Shown here: positions 34,926-44,384 of the stretch, piece by piece
Position numbering within the stretch: position 1 is the first letter of the stretch
Layout of the letters: every line of letters starts with the position of its first letter
IMG/VR virus record: IMGVR_UViG_3300028587_000009
Location: 1 to 49,034 of that record
Reading direction: 5' to 3' (one strand)
Length of the DNA stretch: 49,034 nt
Source of the DNA: a virus
Lineage: Duplodnaviria; Caudoviricetes
Translations under genes and position numbers: made by a program
Notes under the pieces: generated by a model
What the model was told of the DNA's origin: nothing
The model's input: the letters and a program-made list of their open reading frames with translations, nothing else
The model's database searches: none

Positions 34926-35774
34926 TTACCCGTTGATCAACGCCATGATCTTCTCATAGCTGGGGTCAACAATTTCTGGAGGAAGTTCTTTGAACCTCGG
35001 TGCTCTGAACTTTGTAATATACACCTCTGGGCACTGAATCCGCAAGCAGTGTTCCTTTTTTCCTGTGCGAATTCTGCTTTTACCAGCCGGTCCCTTGCTC
35101 GGGCGCTCAACCACTTCCTCTCTGACGAACATCTCGCAGATGTAATCTGCTGCCTGGTTCAGCCATCCCGCAACCGACGGAGTGAGTGCTGGTCCAATAT
35201 ATGGCACGCCAACCGGGGTGTCATCTTCTTTGAAACTACGCTCCTGTGCAACAACAACCACGTTACAGGTGTGGTCGAACAGTGGCCGCATCAGCTCTTT
35301 GCACTTTACACCTAGTTGACCGTACTGTTCTCGTGTCATCAAGCCCCAACTCTTCTGAACCGGCACCCGATCCAACCCCAGTATCTCCTTGATCAGCAGG
35401 TCTTGTAAGCCCGTTGCGTGGTCGACCACGACAGTCCTGTAGTTATGAATACCCTCCAGAAGCATTGGTATCTGGGCACTGTCAACTATAACCTTCGGTT
35501 CGATCACCTCCCTCAACTCCGGTGTGTCGATGCTCCTCAACTCGCCCGGTCTGGCACCACCGGAGATAACCAGTGCCAGTATGGGCTTCTCGAATGTCGC
35601 CCAGAGGGTAGTTTTGCCACTCCCTGGAGAGCCGTACAGCACCATCTTGACGCCCTCATCCTCTGACGGCCAACCGGACAAAGCCTCCTGCACTACCCTC
35701 GGTGGCTGGGCCACCCTACCAGTACCCGTCCTGGCTACTGGCCTTGGTGTCTGCTTGGATATGCTAGGTGGCAT
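34926..35774 (-). CDS. AAA_24 / Sak4-like P-loop ATPase
   Basis: LYGSPGSGKTT, TVVVD, NVVVVAQE, IGPALT, ITKFR. Confidence 0.8.
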   Translation of the reverse strand: MPPSISKQTPRPVARTGTGRVAQPPRVVQEALSGWPSEDEGVKMVLYGSPGSGKTTLWATFEKPILALVISGGARPGELRSIDTPELREVIEPKVIVDSAQIPMLLEGIHNYRTVVVDHATGLQDLLIKEILGLDRVPVQKSWGLMTREQYGQLGVKCKELMRPLFDHTCNVVVVAQERSFKEDDTPVGVPYIGPALTPSVAGWLNQAADYICEMFVREEVVERPSKGPAGKSRIRTGKKEHCLRIQCPEVYITKFRAPRFKELPPEIVDPSYEKIMALING

Positions 35775-35788
35775 ACGCCCTCCTATTG

Positions 35789-37015
35789 TTAGGTACTAAG
35801 TTCCGGGAACAGATTGTCGGTTCGCTCCAGCCCAGCCTCACTGCCGCTGTGCAGGTACTCATCCAACTCGGAAGAGCCACCCTCATCCAGTACGTTGTAC
35901 ACTCCGAACGGGTGCCGCCAGTGGGCACCCCTACCACCGGCATTCATCCAGCAGTCCTCGGTTTCCTGGAGCCACCCCCACCAGTCGCACAGGCTCTCCA
36001 GTATGGGGTCTAGGCACTCCTTGGTGAACCGTCTTACATCGGCAGGGCTAATCTCAACCCGCCACCGCATGAAGAAGTTGTCCGGCTCTTCCATTATAAC
36101 AGAGGCGAGTCGAGAGTAAAACTCGTCCTGAGTTTCTGGCGGCTTCCCGCCGATCCGCCCATCCCCACCACACTTTACGCACCTGGCACCGCTGGGCATC
36201 TTACCTTCACCCTTGCACTTCCCGCACTTAGCCCCGGCAGTACCCTTGCCCCTGACTATACTACCTTTCCCTCCAGAGAGTGGCCTCCGGACCACGTTGT
36301 AACGTACACCACCGATTAGATACTCTCTACCGTCGGCGTGTCTGTAGTGACCCAGTCGTGCCAGGTCAGGACTCGGATTGTTGTATAGGGCGGTCATGTA
36401 CATCATGGTCTGCAAGTCGAAGTGCAGTTGCTTCTTAAGTGCCTCCGGTTGCACGTCACCCTTCGTCTTGTTCTCCTGGATGTACACGGCTGCGTTCCTG
36501 CCCTTACCAATCAGGTCAACGCTGTCCCACTTACCCCGGAGAGTAACGATCTTACCTGATGGCAACTGGTATGGAACCCCGAAGGACTCTTCCTGGAGGA
36601 GAGGGGTACGCTGTAGTACATCTGGGTGTTCTGACCAGTAGTACAGATATAGTGGGAACTGTGTAGAACACACGTTCATCCAGTGTTCAATGTTATCCTG
36701 GTCGGTGGGGTACTTCCTCATCAACTGGCCACAGTAGTCTGCTAGATAGCCCTGCCACTCATAGCCCTGTGCCCACATCTCCTCACATATGTGCCACATC
36801 TGACCATACTCGATACGATGGTTGAACCCTGACGCTGGCTTCAGACCCTCTACAACCAGTAACCTGAACCTCTCACGACACACGATGAATCTGCTGAGCA
36901 GGGAGAAGGTGATGCCGTCAACCTCCGGTCCCTTCCACACCGGGCCTGACCGAGCCTTTGGCCTGACCCTGTCAGCAGAGCCTATGCTACTCTTCAGCTT
37001 CTTAACAAAGTCCAT
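35789..37015 (-). CDS. PD-(D/E)XK (Cas4/RecB-like) exonuclease with inserted DnaJ-like Zn finger
   Basis: TFSLLSRFIVC, G..WH, LRGKWD, ENKT, Q..MY; insert CGKCKGEG...CVKCGGDG. Confidence 0.8.
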   Translation of the reverse strand: MDFVKKLKSSIGSADRVRPKARSGPVWKGPEVDGITFSLLSRFIVCRERFRLLVVEGLKPASGFNHRIEYGQMWHICEEMWAQGYEWQGYLADYCGQLMRKYPTDQDNIEHWMNVCSTQFPLYLYYWSEHPDVLQRTPLLQEESFGVPYQLPSGKIVTLRGKWDSVDLIGKGRNAAVYIQENKTKGDVQPEALKKQLHFDLQTMMYMTALYNNPSPDLARLGHYRHADGREYLIGGVRYNVVRRPLSGGKGSIVRGKGTAGAKCGKCKGEGKMPSGARCVKCGGDGRIGGKPPETQDEFYSRLASVIMEEPDNFFMRWRVEISPADVRRFTKECLDPILESLCDWWGWLQETEDCWMNAGGRGAHWRHPFGVYNVLDEGGSSELDEYLHSGSEAGLERTDNLFPELST

Positions 37016-37284
37016 TACGCCTCCATTATATCATTGAGACAATCTTTGCAGATAGGACACAGCTTAACCACCACCCCGTGGTTCTCCTTGGTAATCAACT
37101 CGCTACAGATAGTACAGCCGGTCTGACCTTTGGCTCTCTCACCCTTCCTGATGGTAGCCTGTTCCGGTGCGTCGATAGAGATGCTAACACCGTTGCGGTA
37201 CAGGTCTTCAACCCTGATCACCACCTTCTCTTTACCCTCACCGATCACGATTGCCTGGCCAATCTCTCTCGTCAGTATCAGCAT
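37015..37284 (-). CDS. csrA: CsrA-like RNA-binding protein with C-terminal zinc ribbon
   Basis: MLILTREIGQAIVIG...VSISIDAP....IRKGE, then CTIC...CPIC. Confidence 0.8.
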   Translation of the reverse strand: MLILTREIGQAIVIGEGKEKVVIRVEDLYRNGVSISIDAPEQATIRKGERAKGQTGCTICSELITKENHGVVVKLCPICKDCLNDIMEA

Positions 37285-37287
37285 ACG

Positions 37288-37935
37288 TTACCCTCCTAAG
37301 ATATGGTCCTCGATTGCGTTGCAGATGACCACCACGCAATTCTGTATGACGTACCCACGCTGGGCTATGTTAACTCCAGACTTCAACAAGGAGCCTGGGT
37401 GGATGATGTCAACAACGTGGATGTGCTTCGGTAGTTTGACGCTGTGCTTATAGCCCTGGTGCATATAGTCTCTGGCTACCGCTCCTACTGCTACTATCAG
37501 CTTGGGCTGACAGATGTCTATGAACTCTGACAGTCGCTCCTTGCAGCAACCGATCTGGTCGGGGCACGGCTCGGATACCTTACCCCTCCTACCTGTATCG
37601 GGGTCAACCTCCTTTGGTATGCAGCAGACTAGGTTGGTCATGGCGTAGGGTATCTCTGGAACCATTTGGTCGATACCCGTGTCATGATCTTTTACTCGGC
37701 AATGGGGTATCGCCTGGTAGATCATATAATCCAGTAGTTTACCAGCCGGACCCACGAACGGCCTGCCCGCACCATCCTCGCTTTCGCCCGGTGCCTCACC
37801 TATGAACAGCAGGTCCGCCGGTATCGTACCCCTTGCGAACACTAGCTTCCGTGCCCTGTCACAGTAATCAGAGCCGCATCCACCGGCCCACTTCTTCTTG
37901 TGCAACTCATACGGTGTCAGGTTTATGGGTGGCAC
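37288..37935 (-). CDS. Uracil-DNA glycosylase, family 4-like
   Basis: FIGEAPGESED..GRPFVGPAGKLL, TNLVCC.P, PKLIVAVG, IIHP. Confidence 0.88.
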   Translation of the reverse strand: MPPINLTPYELHKKKWAGGCGSDYCDRARKLVFARGTIPADLLFIGEAPGESEDGAGRPFVGPAGKLLDYMIYQAIPHCRVKDHDTGIDQMVPEIPYAMTNLVCCIPKEVDPDTGRRGKVSEPCPDQIGCCKERLSEFIDICQPKLIVAVGAVARDYMHQGYKHSVKLPKHIHVVDIIHPGSLLKSGVNIAQRGYVIQNCVVVICNAIEDHILGG

Positions 37936-38418
37936 TCACTCCTCCTTTCCGTTGTTGACTCTAAGACAATACTCAAGGAGCAACAAAGCGTCTGATGTAG
38001 CCAGGGTCACCCTCTCGTCAGGCCACAACTCCTGTGCCTTGGCTTTCAGCCTGCCCTTGAACACAGACTTAGACTCGGTCTTCTTCTTGGTCGGTAGACC
38101 CAGTGCCTTCTGCCACTTCATCGGTGACACGGTCTCAAACCTAGCACGACTGGCCACTAACGCCATCCTGATAGAGCCATAGTTCATGCCTAGCTTGAAC
38201 GCCGAGATGCTACCGTTTAGCGGCATGGCGTGGACCAACTCGACAACCGCCACTATCTGACTACCAGGGTATGCGTTGATTACCTCTAGTAAGTCACGCT
38301 CGGTCTGGGGCATGGGTACCGAAGTCAGGATACCTTCGTGTAGCATGGCTATGCCGCCACTTAATCCCGGATCAATACCCATCCATACCTTGGATCTGCC
38401 TACTATCTTAGGCATCAT
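37936..38418 (-). CDS. RuvC-like Holliday junction resolvase
   Basis: GIDPGLSGGIA, VVE.V, SAFKLG.NYG, P.KWQK, SDALL. Confidence 0.85.
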   Translation of the reverse strand: MMPKIVGRSKVWMGIDPGLSGGIAMLHEGILTSVPMPQTERDLLEVINAYPGSQIVAVVELVHAMPLNGSISAFKLGMNYGSIRMALVASRARFETVSPMKWQKALGLPTKKKTESKSVFKGRLKAKAQELWPDERVTLATSDALLLLEYCLRVNNGKEE

Positions 38419-38464
38419 TTCCTCCTCTTATTGAGAGTGCTATCGCTTCCTCCTTCAGAGAGCG

Positions 38465-38770
38465 CTATCGCTTCCTTTTCCCTAGTACGGTTACGGTTAC
38501 CGACTCGTCCTCGTTGACGACCACTCTAACCTCCATGGCGTACCTTCTTGCAGAGGCGTTGTTACGTATCTGCTGTGCCATCGTATAGCCACGACCGTTG
38601 AAGTCGCGACCTGGATAGATGGTGAAGGGTTCTGTGGTTGCAAACCATTCCTTCCAGGGATACCTCCTGGTATGAAGGTTGTTCTTCTTCGGCCTGCCAC
38701 TGTGCACGGCCACGTCAACCTCCTTTCTATCACAACAACAAGCCCCACCCGCCGTGTCCTTGTTGAGCAC
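38465..38770 (-). CDS. Hypothetical protein (start uncertain)
   Basis: RYPWKEWF motif; basic. Confidence 0.55.
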   Translation of the reverse strand: MLNKDTAGGACCCDRKEVDVAVHSGRPKKNNLHTRRYPWKEWFATTEPFTIYPGRDFNGRGYTMAQQIRNNASARRYAMEVRVVVNEDESVTVTVLGKRKR

Positions 38771-38793
38771 GGTAGGTGGGGCGGGATCAACTC

Positions 38794-40263
38794 TTACGTG
38801 GCGACTCGAACGGGCTTCTTCTTACCTGGCTTAGACTCTGGTTCAGGTGTGGGTTCCGGTTCGGGTACCAGATCAAATCCTTGATCCGGTTCAAGGTTGG
38901 GTTCAGCCTTCCTGGCCTTACGCTTGTCACGGTTCTCCTCTCTACGCTTGATCTCCTGTTCCTTGGCAGCCTCGATCTCCTTCTTGGTTGGCTGACCCTT
39001 AGCAGGAGGCGGCTCGTCCCCGTCACCCTGGTCCTTTGGATCGCCAAGGTCGATGCCACCCAGGTCCGGGCACTCAGCGATGGTACTGATCTGGGTCTCT
39101 GGGTCAGTGTCGTACTTGGGCTTAACAGAGCCGTCGGTCATCTTCTGGTTACTGGCGAACAGTCTCCACGCCTTCACCAGGATAGCCAGCTTCTCACTGT
39201 TAGTGGACACCAACTTGAGCAGCTTCCTCGCTACGTTCAACACGCCATCACCCTTGCCGAACGCGGCCCAAAATTCAACGGCTTTGTCCCACATAGAGAA
39301 GTCAATCAACTCCTCCTTCGCCTCACCACCTCTGACGGCTGCCAGGTAGACACCCTCACCGGTCTGACTTGCTGCCATCATATACATCATACCGGCGGCG
39401 AATCCCAGGTTGATATACTCTTTGATGGAGTTGTCACTGTTCTCATCATAGACGTGACTGACGCAACGCATGAGCCTGGGGTGCTTCTCCAGGAAGTTCA
39501 ACACCTCGTCGTGTGTACGTCTCGGGGAGAACGAATGCTCTCCGTTGCCGGTCCGGTGCCACAACAATCGGATAGCCATGTCGGTGATCTTCGCGGCAGC
39601 CTTGCGATCCTCTGGCTTCTTGTTGCGGAAGTACTCTGAGCGGAAGATCACGTCGCTGATGGAACGCGCCTTGCAGGTGTCCATCGTGTTGACCACCCTA
39701 TCGGTCTCGCTCAACCCGTAGACGATCAGCTTGTCTATCACACAGGGCTGACCATCCCACAACTCCATCCACCGTGCGTGCTTCTGCCGCAACTGGTCTG
39801 CCACGATCAGGGCAGGTAGGGTGTGCTGCCCGTTGAGAACCAGTGCCGTCTTGCCGATCAGGATAGGCTCGCCGTTCACGGTCTCTCTGTCACCGTTGGG
39901 TGAACCATCTTCGTGCATGCCGTTAGGTCCAGCCCACCGTCTGTTCAAGATGGTCTGCGTAAGGTTACTAAAGTTGCTCTGGTAGAACGGCCTGTTGTTG
40001 ATGTTGTTCAGACACCACACCGGCTTGTTGTCGGCGTCCTTGAACAACGGGTCTAACCACTTGATACCGTACTGGTCCTTGAATTTCTTAACCTCATCTT
40101 CATCCCAGGTTGCCCCGAGTAGGAAGATAGCATGTTCGACGGTGACTGGGGTAGCACCCCACGCCTCTTCGATAGCAACCTCCGGGTACTTAACCGGACG
40201 CTCTACTGCCTGGTCAACCAGTTTGCCGGACGCCTTAGTCTTCTTGGGGGTTTTCGTAGCCAT
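38794..40263 (-). CDS. ParB-like N-terminal domain protein with low-complexity charged tail
   Basis: NNRP...NGEPILIG...LNGQHTL.A resembles the ParB/Srx DGQHRL family; strong RBS. Confidence 0.65.
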   Translation of the reverse strand: MATKTPKKTKASGKLVDQAVERPVKYPEVAIEEAWGATPVTVEHAIFLLGATWDEDEVKKFKDQYGIKWLDPLFKDADNKPVWCLNNINNRPFYQSNFSNLTQTILNRRWAGPNGMHEDGSPNGDRETVNGEPILIGKTALVLNGQHTLPALIVADQLRQKHARWMELWDGQPCVIDKLIVYGLSETDRVVNTMDTCKARSISDVIFRSEYFRNKKPEDRKAAAKITDMAIRLLWHRTGNGEHSFSPRRTHDEVLNFLEKHPRLMRCVSHVYDENSDNSIKEYINLGFAAGMMYMMAASQTGEGVYLAAVRGGEAKEELIDFSMWDKAVEFWAAFGKGDGVLNVARKLLKLVSTNSEKLAILVKAWRLFASNQKMTDGSVKPKYDTDPETQISTIAECPDLGGIDLGDPKDQGDGDEPPPAKGQPTKKEIEAAKEQEIKRREENRDKRKARKAEPNLEPDQGFDLVPEPEPTPEPESKPGKKKPVRVAT

Positions 40264-40291
40264 TGTTATAGCTCCTTGTCGTTGGAGGGAT

Positions 40292-40600
40292 TCACTTAGC
40301 CGTCGGGCGTCCGACGGTCGTTGTCTTACGAATCAGCCGTTGCTCGTTGCCGTCCGTCGCTTCAATAGGAACAGCCTCTTGCTGAACCTGCTTTAACTGC
40401 ATCCTCCTGAATCGGCACAATTCCACTAAGGTAACTGATTGCAGGTCTTCATCACACAACCTACATACAGGTATCTCCCTAGATATCTCCTGTCTGGTTT
40501 CGTTGTGCTTCAGCCCCGGCACACTGCGGTATACCCTATGTACCCTCATCGTGTTATTATGTGGAACCCATACGCCGCACACCCTACATCTGTAACTCAC
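40292..40600 (-). CDS. Zinc-finger hypothetical protein
   Basis: CRVC...CRLC. Confidence 0.55.
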   Translation of the reverse strand: MSYRCRVCGVWVPHNNTMRVHRVYRSVPGLKHNETRQEISREIPVCRLCDEDLQSVTLVELCRFRRMQLKQVQQEAVPIEATDGNEQRLIRKTTTVGRPTAK

Positions 40601-40649
40601 CGCTCATCATCTCCTTGTCGTTCGGGTTATAGGCGAAACTCTGCCGCCT

Positions 40650-40678
40650 ATTATAAACACTGGTTTAACCAGATTCAA
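40650..40678 (-). promoter_or_regulatory. sigma70-type promoter
   Basis: TTGAAT-N17-TATAAT; spacer palindrome CTGGTT-N-AACCAG. Confidence 0.7.
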
Positions 40679-40687
40679 CTGCAAAAT

Positions 40688-40730
40688 TTTTAGCCGCACA
40701 AATTTTGTTCAGAAATTCATGCGGCTAAAA
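40688..40730. terminator. Inverted repeat (terminator or operator)
   Basis: TTTTAGCCGCA-N21-TGCGGCTAAAA with inner AATTT/AAATT. Confidence 0.55.
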
Positions 40731-40738
40731 GGTTTACG

Positions 40739-41026
40739 TCAACTTTGGTTTTCAGACGGTAGTAATACCGTTTCAATTCTCAGGTTCACTATACGCTCGC
40801 TAGGGTGGCAGCCATACCCCATTATGAAACTCTCTGGAGAGGTAGTGTAGTACAGGCTAATGAACTCCTCTGCTTGGTATCGGCTATCGAATACGTGGCT
40901 TGGCCGAGGATACAGCCAATGGAACGTAAACCTCCACCATGATTCCCTTTCTCTCCAGAAGAACACCTCATACAGTATGCGGTTTGGGTCTCTCATGTCT
41001 ATAAGGTCAGCCACTACCAGGAACAT
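40739..41026 (-). CDS. Hypothetical protein
   Basis: RBS GGAGG. Confidence 0.55.
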   Translation of the reverse strand: MFLVVADLIDMRDPNRILYEVFFWRERESWWRFTFHWLYPRPSHVFDSRYQAEEFISLYYTTSPESFIMGYGCHPSERIVNLRIETVLLPSENQS

Positions 41027-41035
41027 AGTAGCCTC

Positions 41036-41332
41036 CTAGTAACCAGGGAACACCAGTACCGACACGAACTGTGGTATCTCTTCTGGAGGGAAGGTGTGGA
41101 TGCTATACTCCATGATCTGCCCGTTGCGTACTATGTATTGCGGTATCTCAACCCAGGGGCCACGCCCCCTTCTTATCTCACTGGCTTGCTCGTCGTACTT
41201 CGCCTTGTCGAAGAACTCCAGCATGTGTTCTTCTAGTGGGCATATGTCTGAACACTGTAGGAATACGCAGCCGATGATCGTTCCCTTCGGCAGCTTCTGC
41301 AGATACACAATCAAGTCTTCTGCTGTCATCAT
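41036..41332 (-). CDS. Hypothetical protein, paralog of 44458..44742
   Basis: Shared LI..LQK.P..T.IG and Y..RNG.IMEY...PQF...L.FPG. Confidence 0.7.
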   Translation of the reverse strand: MMTAEDLIVYLQKLPKGTIIGCVFLQCSDICPLEEHMLEFFDKAKYDEQASEIRRGRGPWVEIPQYIVRNGQIMEYSIHTFPPEEIPQFVSVLVFPGY

Positions 41333-41334
41333 GG

Positions 41335-43599
41335 TTAGCTCACATAGGTTAGTTCATGGATTGCCCTGGTGACGCCAACATAGAGGAGGTTATACTCCTG
41401 TTCCAACTGCCATGCCATCTTGGCCGAGGGGTGTGGGCAGGGTGACTCCTCTGGTTGTAGGAAGTACACCCGTTCAGACTCAAGACCCTTGGCCTTGTGA
41501 ATACTACTGAACTTGACGCCAGGACTGACGGTGTCGTCTGTGAACAAGGACTTGATCTTGTGGATCACCCCCTCCACCGTTAACTGACCATCGGTGAAGC
41601 ACATCACACAGTCAGCCCTGTCATTGATGCCCATGATACGGGTCTCTGAAGGCATCTTCTTCGCTTGCTCCTTGGTTATCTCACCGAACCTCCACTCGTC
41701 CAGCTTACCAATCAAATCAGGCACACTCTCAGCACCCATCCTGTTGACGAGATTGACAAGGTCATCACCGATCCTCCTCCCTTGTATCATGGCTCGCCTA
41801 CCCTTCTTGAGAAGGCGGAAGCACTGGTTAACCAGTGGTGCGTTGGTTCTGCACAACACCATGTCACCGTCCTTGGTTGTTGGTAAGTAAGTATCCTCGT
41901 ATGGAATCTCTCGCACACCCTGATCCCAGTAGTTACTCGACCGCTGAGTGGTGTACTTACCGTGACTGATCTTCCCTTCGTGCGTGTCGGGGAAGTAGGA
42001 GAAGTCTGGTACGATACGCCTAGCCTCCTCTACGATGGCCTTGCCACACCGTCTGGTAACGGTGAGGGGTAACTCCACACAACCGGCAGGGGTGTCATCC
42101 AACTCCTTCAGCATGCGAGCCATGCTCTGAGTATCGGCTCCAGTGAAACCATATATAGCCTGCCTGTCGTCACCGCACATGACCAACCGCTTACCCATCT
42201 TCCTAGCAAGGGCGTGTTGGCACCTGCCCAAGTCCTGGAACTCGTCGATCAGGAGCAGGTCGTATCGGAACACTGGTAGGTCCAGGATGACAGGCAACCA
42301 GACCATGTCAGAGTAGTCGATCATACCCCTACTCTTCGGATCCTTGCACTTCTTGAGTATGTCAGGCACCAACTCCAGCAGGTTGTCACGATGAGTACCA
42401 ACCTCCACGTCGTACCTGTCGATCAGGTAGTCCAGATTATCCTCAGTTGGGTCACTGAGTGTGACCTTACAGAGCCGTACCAACTCTGCCGCAGCCGATG
42501 GTAGGATTGGGTCTTTCTCCCTGAGTACCCTAATGTCCAGACCAGTTAGTTCCTCCATGATCAGGTATGTTACTAGTCTGTCATCGTCGGGCACCTCCAG
42601 TTTACCCATCGACTTGAGTACCGACCGGTAACCCAGACCGTGCATAGTCTTGGCCTCTACTCCTTGAGGCACCCTGTCTTTCAACACCCTTGCGATAGAC
42701 GTATTGTATGCACACATGCAGATGAACCTGGCACCCTTACTCTCCTCCAGAGAATCCCATACCAGAGCCTGTTGCTCTGATGGTGTGATCTTGGGGATGC
42801 CGCCAGTCACCATGTCCAAGCCACCGATCAGAGTTGTAGTCTTACCAGTACCAGCCCTCGCCTTCACCATCAGGTGTGGTGGTAGTCCACTACGACGATG
42901 TTCTCTGGAGGAAAGGGGATCATGTTCATGGGCTACCACTGTAGGCTCAGTCCCACTATTCGGTATAACTCGGAGGGGCTTTTTGATCTTGCTTCTGAGC
43001 ATTGCGGATAGTCCAGACTTGCCACCACCGGTTGATCTCGTACTCCCTGGTTCGGCAGAGTTCTCGCTGGTGTCGTTCGTACCAGTTGACGGTGAACTCT
43101 GAGAACTCGCCTGCGATCTCACCACAGGGGTTGAGGATGGCTGGTACTGTGAGGGTTGGGTAGGGTCCGGGCTATGCTCACCCTCAGATTCATCGGTGAT
43201 ATCGACATCCGTATCTTCTACAGACTGCACACCACCTTCGGAGGGGGTTGTAGATGTTTCGGTAGGGTTTGCTTCCTCGCTGATCTTCCCATCGAGAGTA
43301 GCCTCGCTCGCCTCCGCGAACGGGTCATCCACCACGGTGATAAGGTCTGGAGCTTCAACCTTCTTCACCTCTACTCCAACCCTACCAGTGTTGTTACTCC
43401 CGCCGTAGGGCTGTACCTCTACACGGAACTTCTGTGCCGAGCGGAACACAACCTGTCTCTTGGTGGTAAGGTTGGTACAGTAGTAACGCCAACCCCTACC
43501 ACGGAACCCTTGCTCAATACGGTCCACTCTTACCGTGGTGAGTTTATCACTCACCTTGGCCCTGTAGGTCTTGCCAATCTGAATCTCGTCGTGTCGCAT
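41335..43599 (-). CDS. UvrD/Rep-like SF1 helicase with extra N-terminal domain and disordered linker
   Basis: ARAGTGKTT, IDEFQD, GDDRQAIYGF, VLCRTNA, SIHKAKGLE, LLYVGVTRA. Confidence 0.9.
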   Translation of the reverse strand: MRHDEIQIGKTYRAKVSDKLTTVRVDRIEQGFRGRGWRYYCTNLTTKRQVVFRSAQKFRVEVQPYGGSNNTGRVGVEVKKVEAPDLITVVDDPFAEASEATLDGKISEEANPTETSTTPSEGGVQSVEDTDVDITDESEGEHSPDPTQPSQYQPSSTPVVRSQASSQSSPSTGTNDTSENSAEPGSTRSTGGGKSGLSAMLRSKIKKPLRVIPNSGTEPTVVAHEHDPLSSREHRRSGLPPHLMVKARAGTGKTTTLIGGLDMVTGGIPKITPSEQQALVWDSLEESKGARFICMCAYNTSIARVLKDRVPQGVEAKTMHGLGYRSVLKSMGKLEVPDDDRLVTYLIMEELTGLDIRVLREKDPILPSAAAELVRLCKVTLSDPTEDNLDYLIDRYDVEVGTHRDNLLELVPDILKKCKDPKSRGMIDYSDMVWLPVILDLPVFRYDLLLIDEFQDLGRCQHALARKMGKRLVMCGDDRQAIYGFTGADTQSMARMLKELDDTPAGCVELPLTVTRRCGKAIVEEARRIVPDFSYFPDTHEGKISHGKYTTQRSSNYWDQGVREIPYEDTYLPTTKDGDMVLCRTNAPLVNQCFRLLKKGRRAMIQGRRIGDDLVNLVNRMGAESVPDLIGKLDEWRFGEITKEQAKKMPSETRIMGINDRADCVMCFTDGQLTVEGVIHKIKSLFTDDTVSPGVKFSSIHKAKGLESERVYFLQPEESPCPHPSAKMAWQLEQEYNLLYVGVTRAIHELTYVS

Positions 43600-43650
43600 G
43601 TCTATTCTCCCTGGTTAGGTTTAATACTCCCCAATTATAACAGAGCGGGG

Positions 43651-43932
43651 TTACTCTTCATACCGATCAGGGTCAAGCATCTCGTATACCAGACACGCCT
43701 CGGTTATGTCTTCCTCACTACGCCCCTCCTTCTCAGCCACCGCCCTGACCGCAGCCCTTGCAGCCTCCGCGTACTCGTGGCTGATCTGCCAGTCGTCGCA
43801 CTGTCCATCCCTGTAGTGCTGCCAGATCAGACCCTGTATCCTCCGAGGAACCATAGCCCAGTGCTTCCTGCACATGAGCATCTCCGGCTTGACTGGTGTG
43901 TTACAGCATGCGGCGTGACAGGTGTGTGCCAT
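43651..43932 (-). CDS. Cys/His-rich hypothetical phage protein
   Basis: HTCHA..C...LMCRKHW..VP. Confidence 0.65.
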   Translation of the reverse strand: MAHTCHAACCNTPVKPEMLMCRKHWAMVPRRIQGLIWQHYRDGQCDDWQISHEYAEAARAAVRAVAEKEGRSEEDITEACLVYEMLDPDRYEE

Positions 43933-44352
43933 TTAGGTTCTCCTATACTTGCGTCTAGTTGGGTTGTACTTCTTACGCTTGTGCTTCGGTTTGTACATGG
44001 GACTCTTTGGGTCGGTGTACATCTTGATGCGTAGCATACTGGTAAGCCTTCCCTGTGCTGCCCAGAAGCTACGCTTTCTATCTCTACTGTCAAACTCAAC
44101 CTTGTAGTGACAGCTTTTACACAGAGGTATCAGTGGCTCCAGGTCCATGCCGACCAACACTTCTCTGGAGTAAGAGGTATGGTGTATCTCACTGGCCCTG
44201 TTAAGACAGCACCTACACTCTGTACCCTTCAATACTAGTACCCTGGTTCTGATGGTTGACCACAAGTCACTCATCAGGTAGGACCAGTATGATGGGAAGC
44301 CTAGTCTCTTGAGTACAACATCTCTCTTCTGATACTCTGTTAGCTCTTTCAT
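43933..44352 (-). CDS. HNH endonuclease-like protein
   Basis: CRCC...HHTSY...LIPLCKSCH. Confidence 0.7.
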   Translation of the reverse strand: MKELTEYQKRDVVLKRLGFPSYWSYLMSDLWSTIRTRVLVLKGTECRCCLNRASEIHHTSYSREVLVGMDLEPLIPLCKSCHYKVEFDSRDRKRSFWAAQGRLTSMLRIKMYTDPKSPMYKPKHKRKKYNPTRRKYRRT

Positions 44353-44384
44353 CTTAAAACTCCACTCTTTCCTCCATCCCAACA

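Noticed and set aside
35789-37015. CRISPR-Cas locus suggested by the Cas4-like nuclease
   Set aside because: No repeat-spacer array or other cas genes; the context is a phage recombination module.
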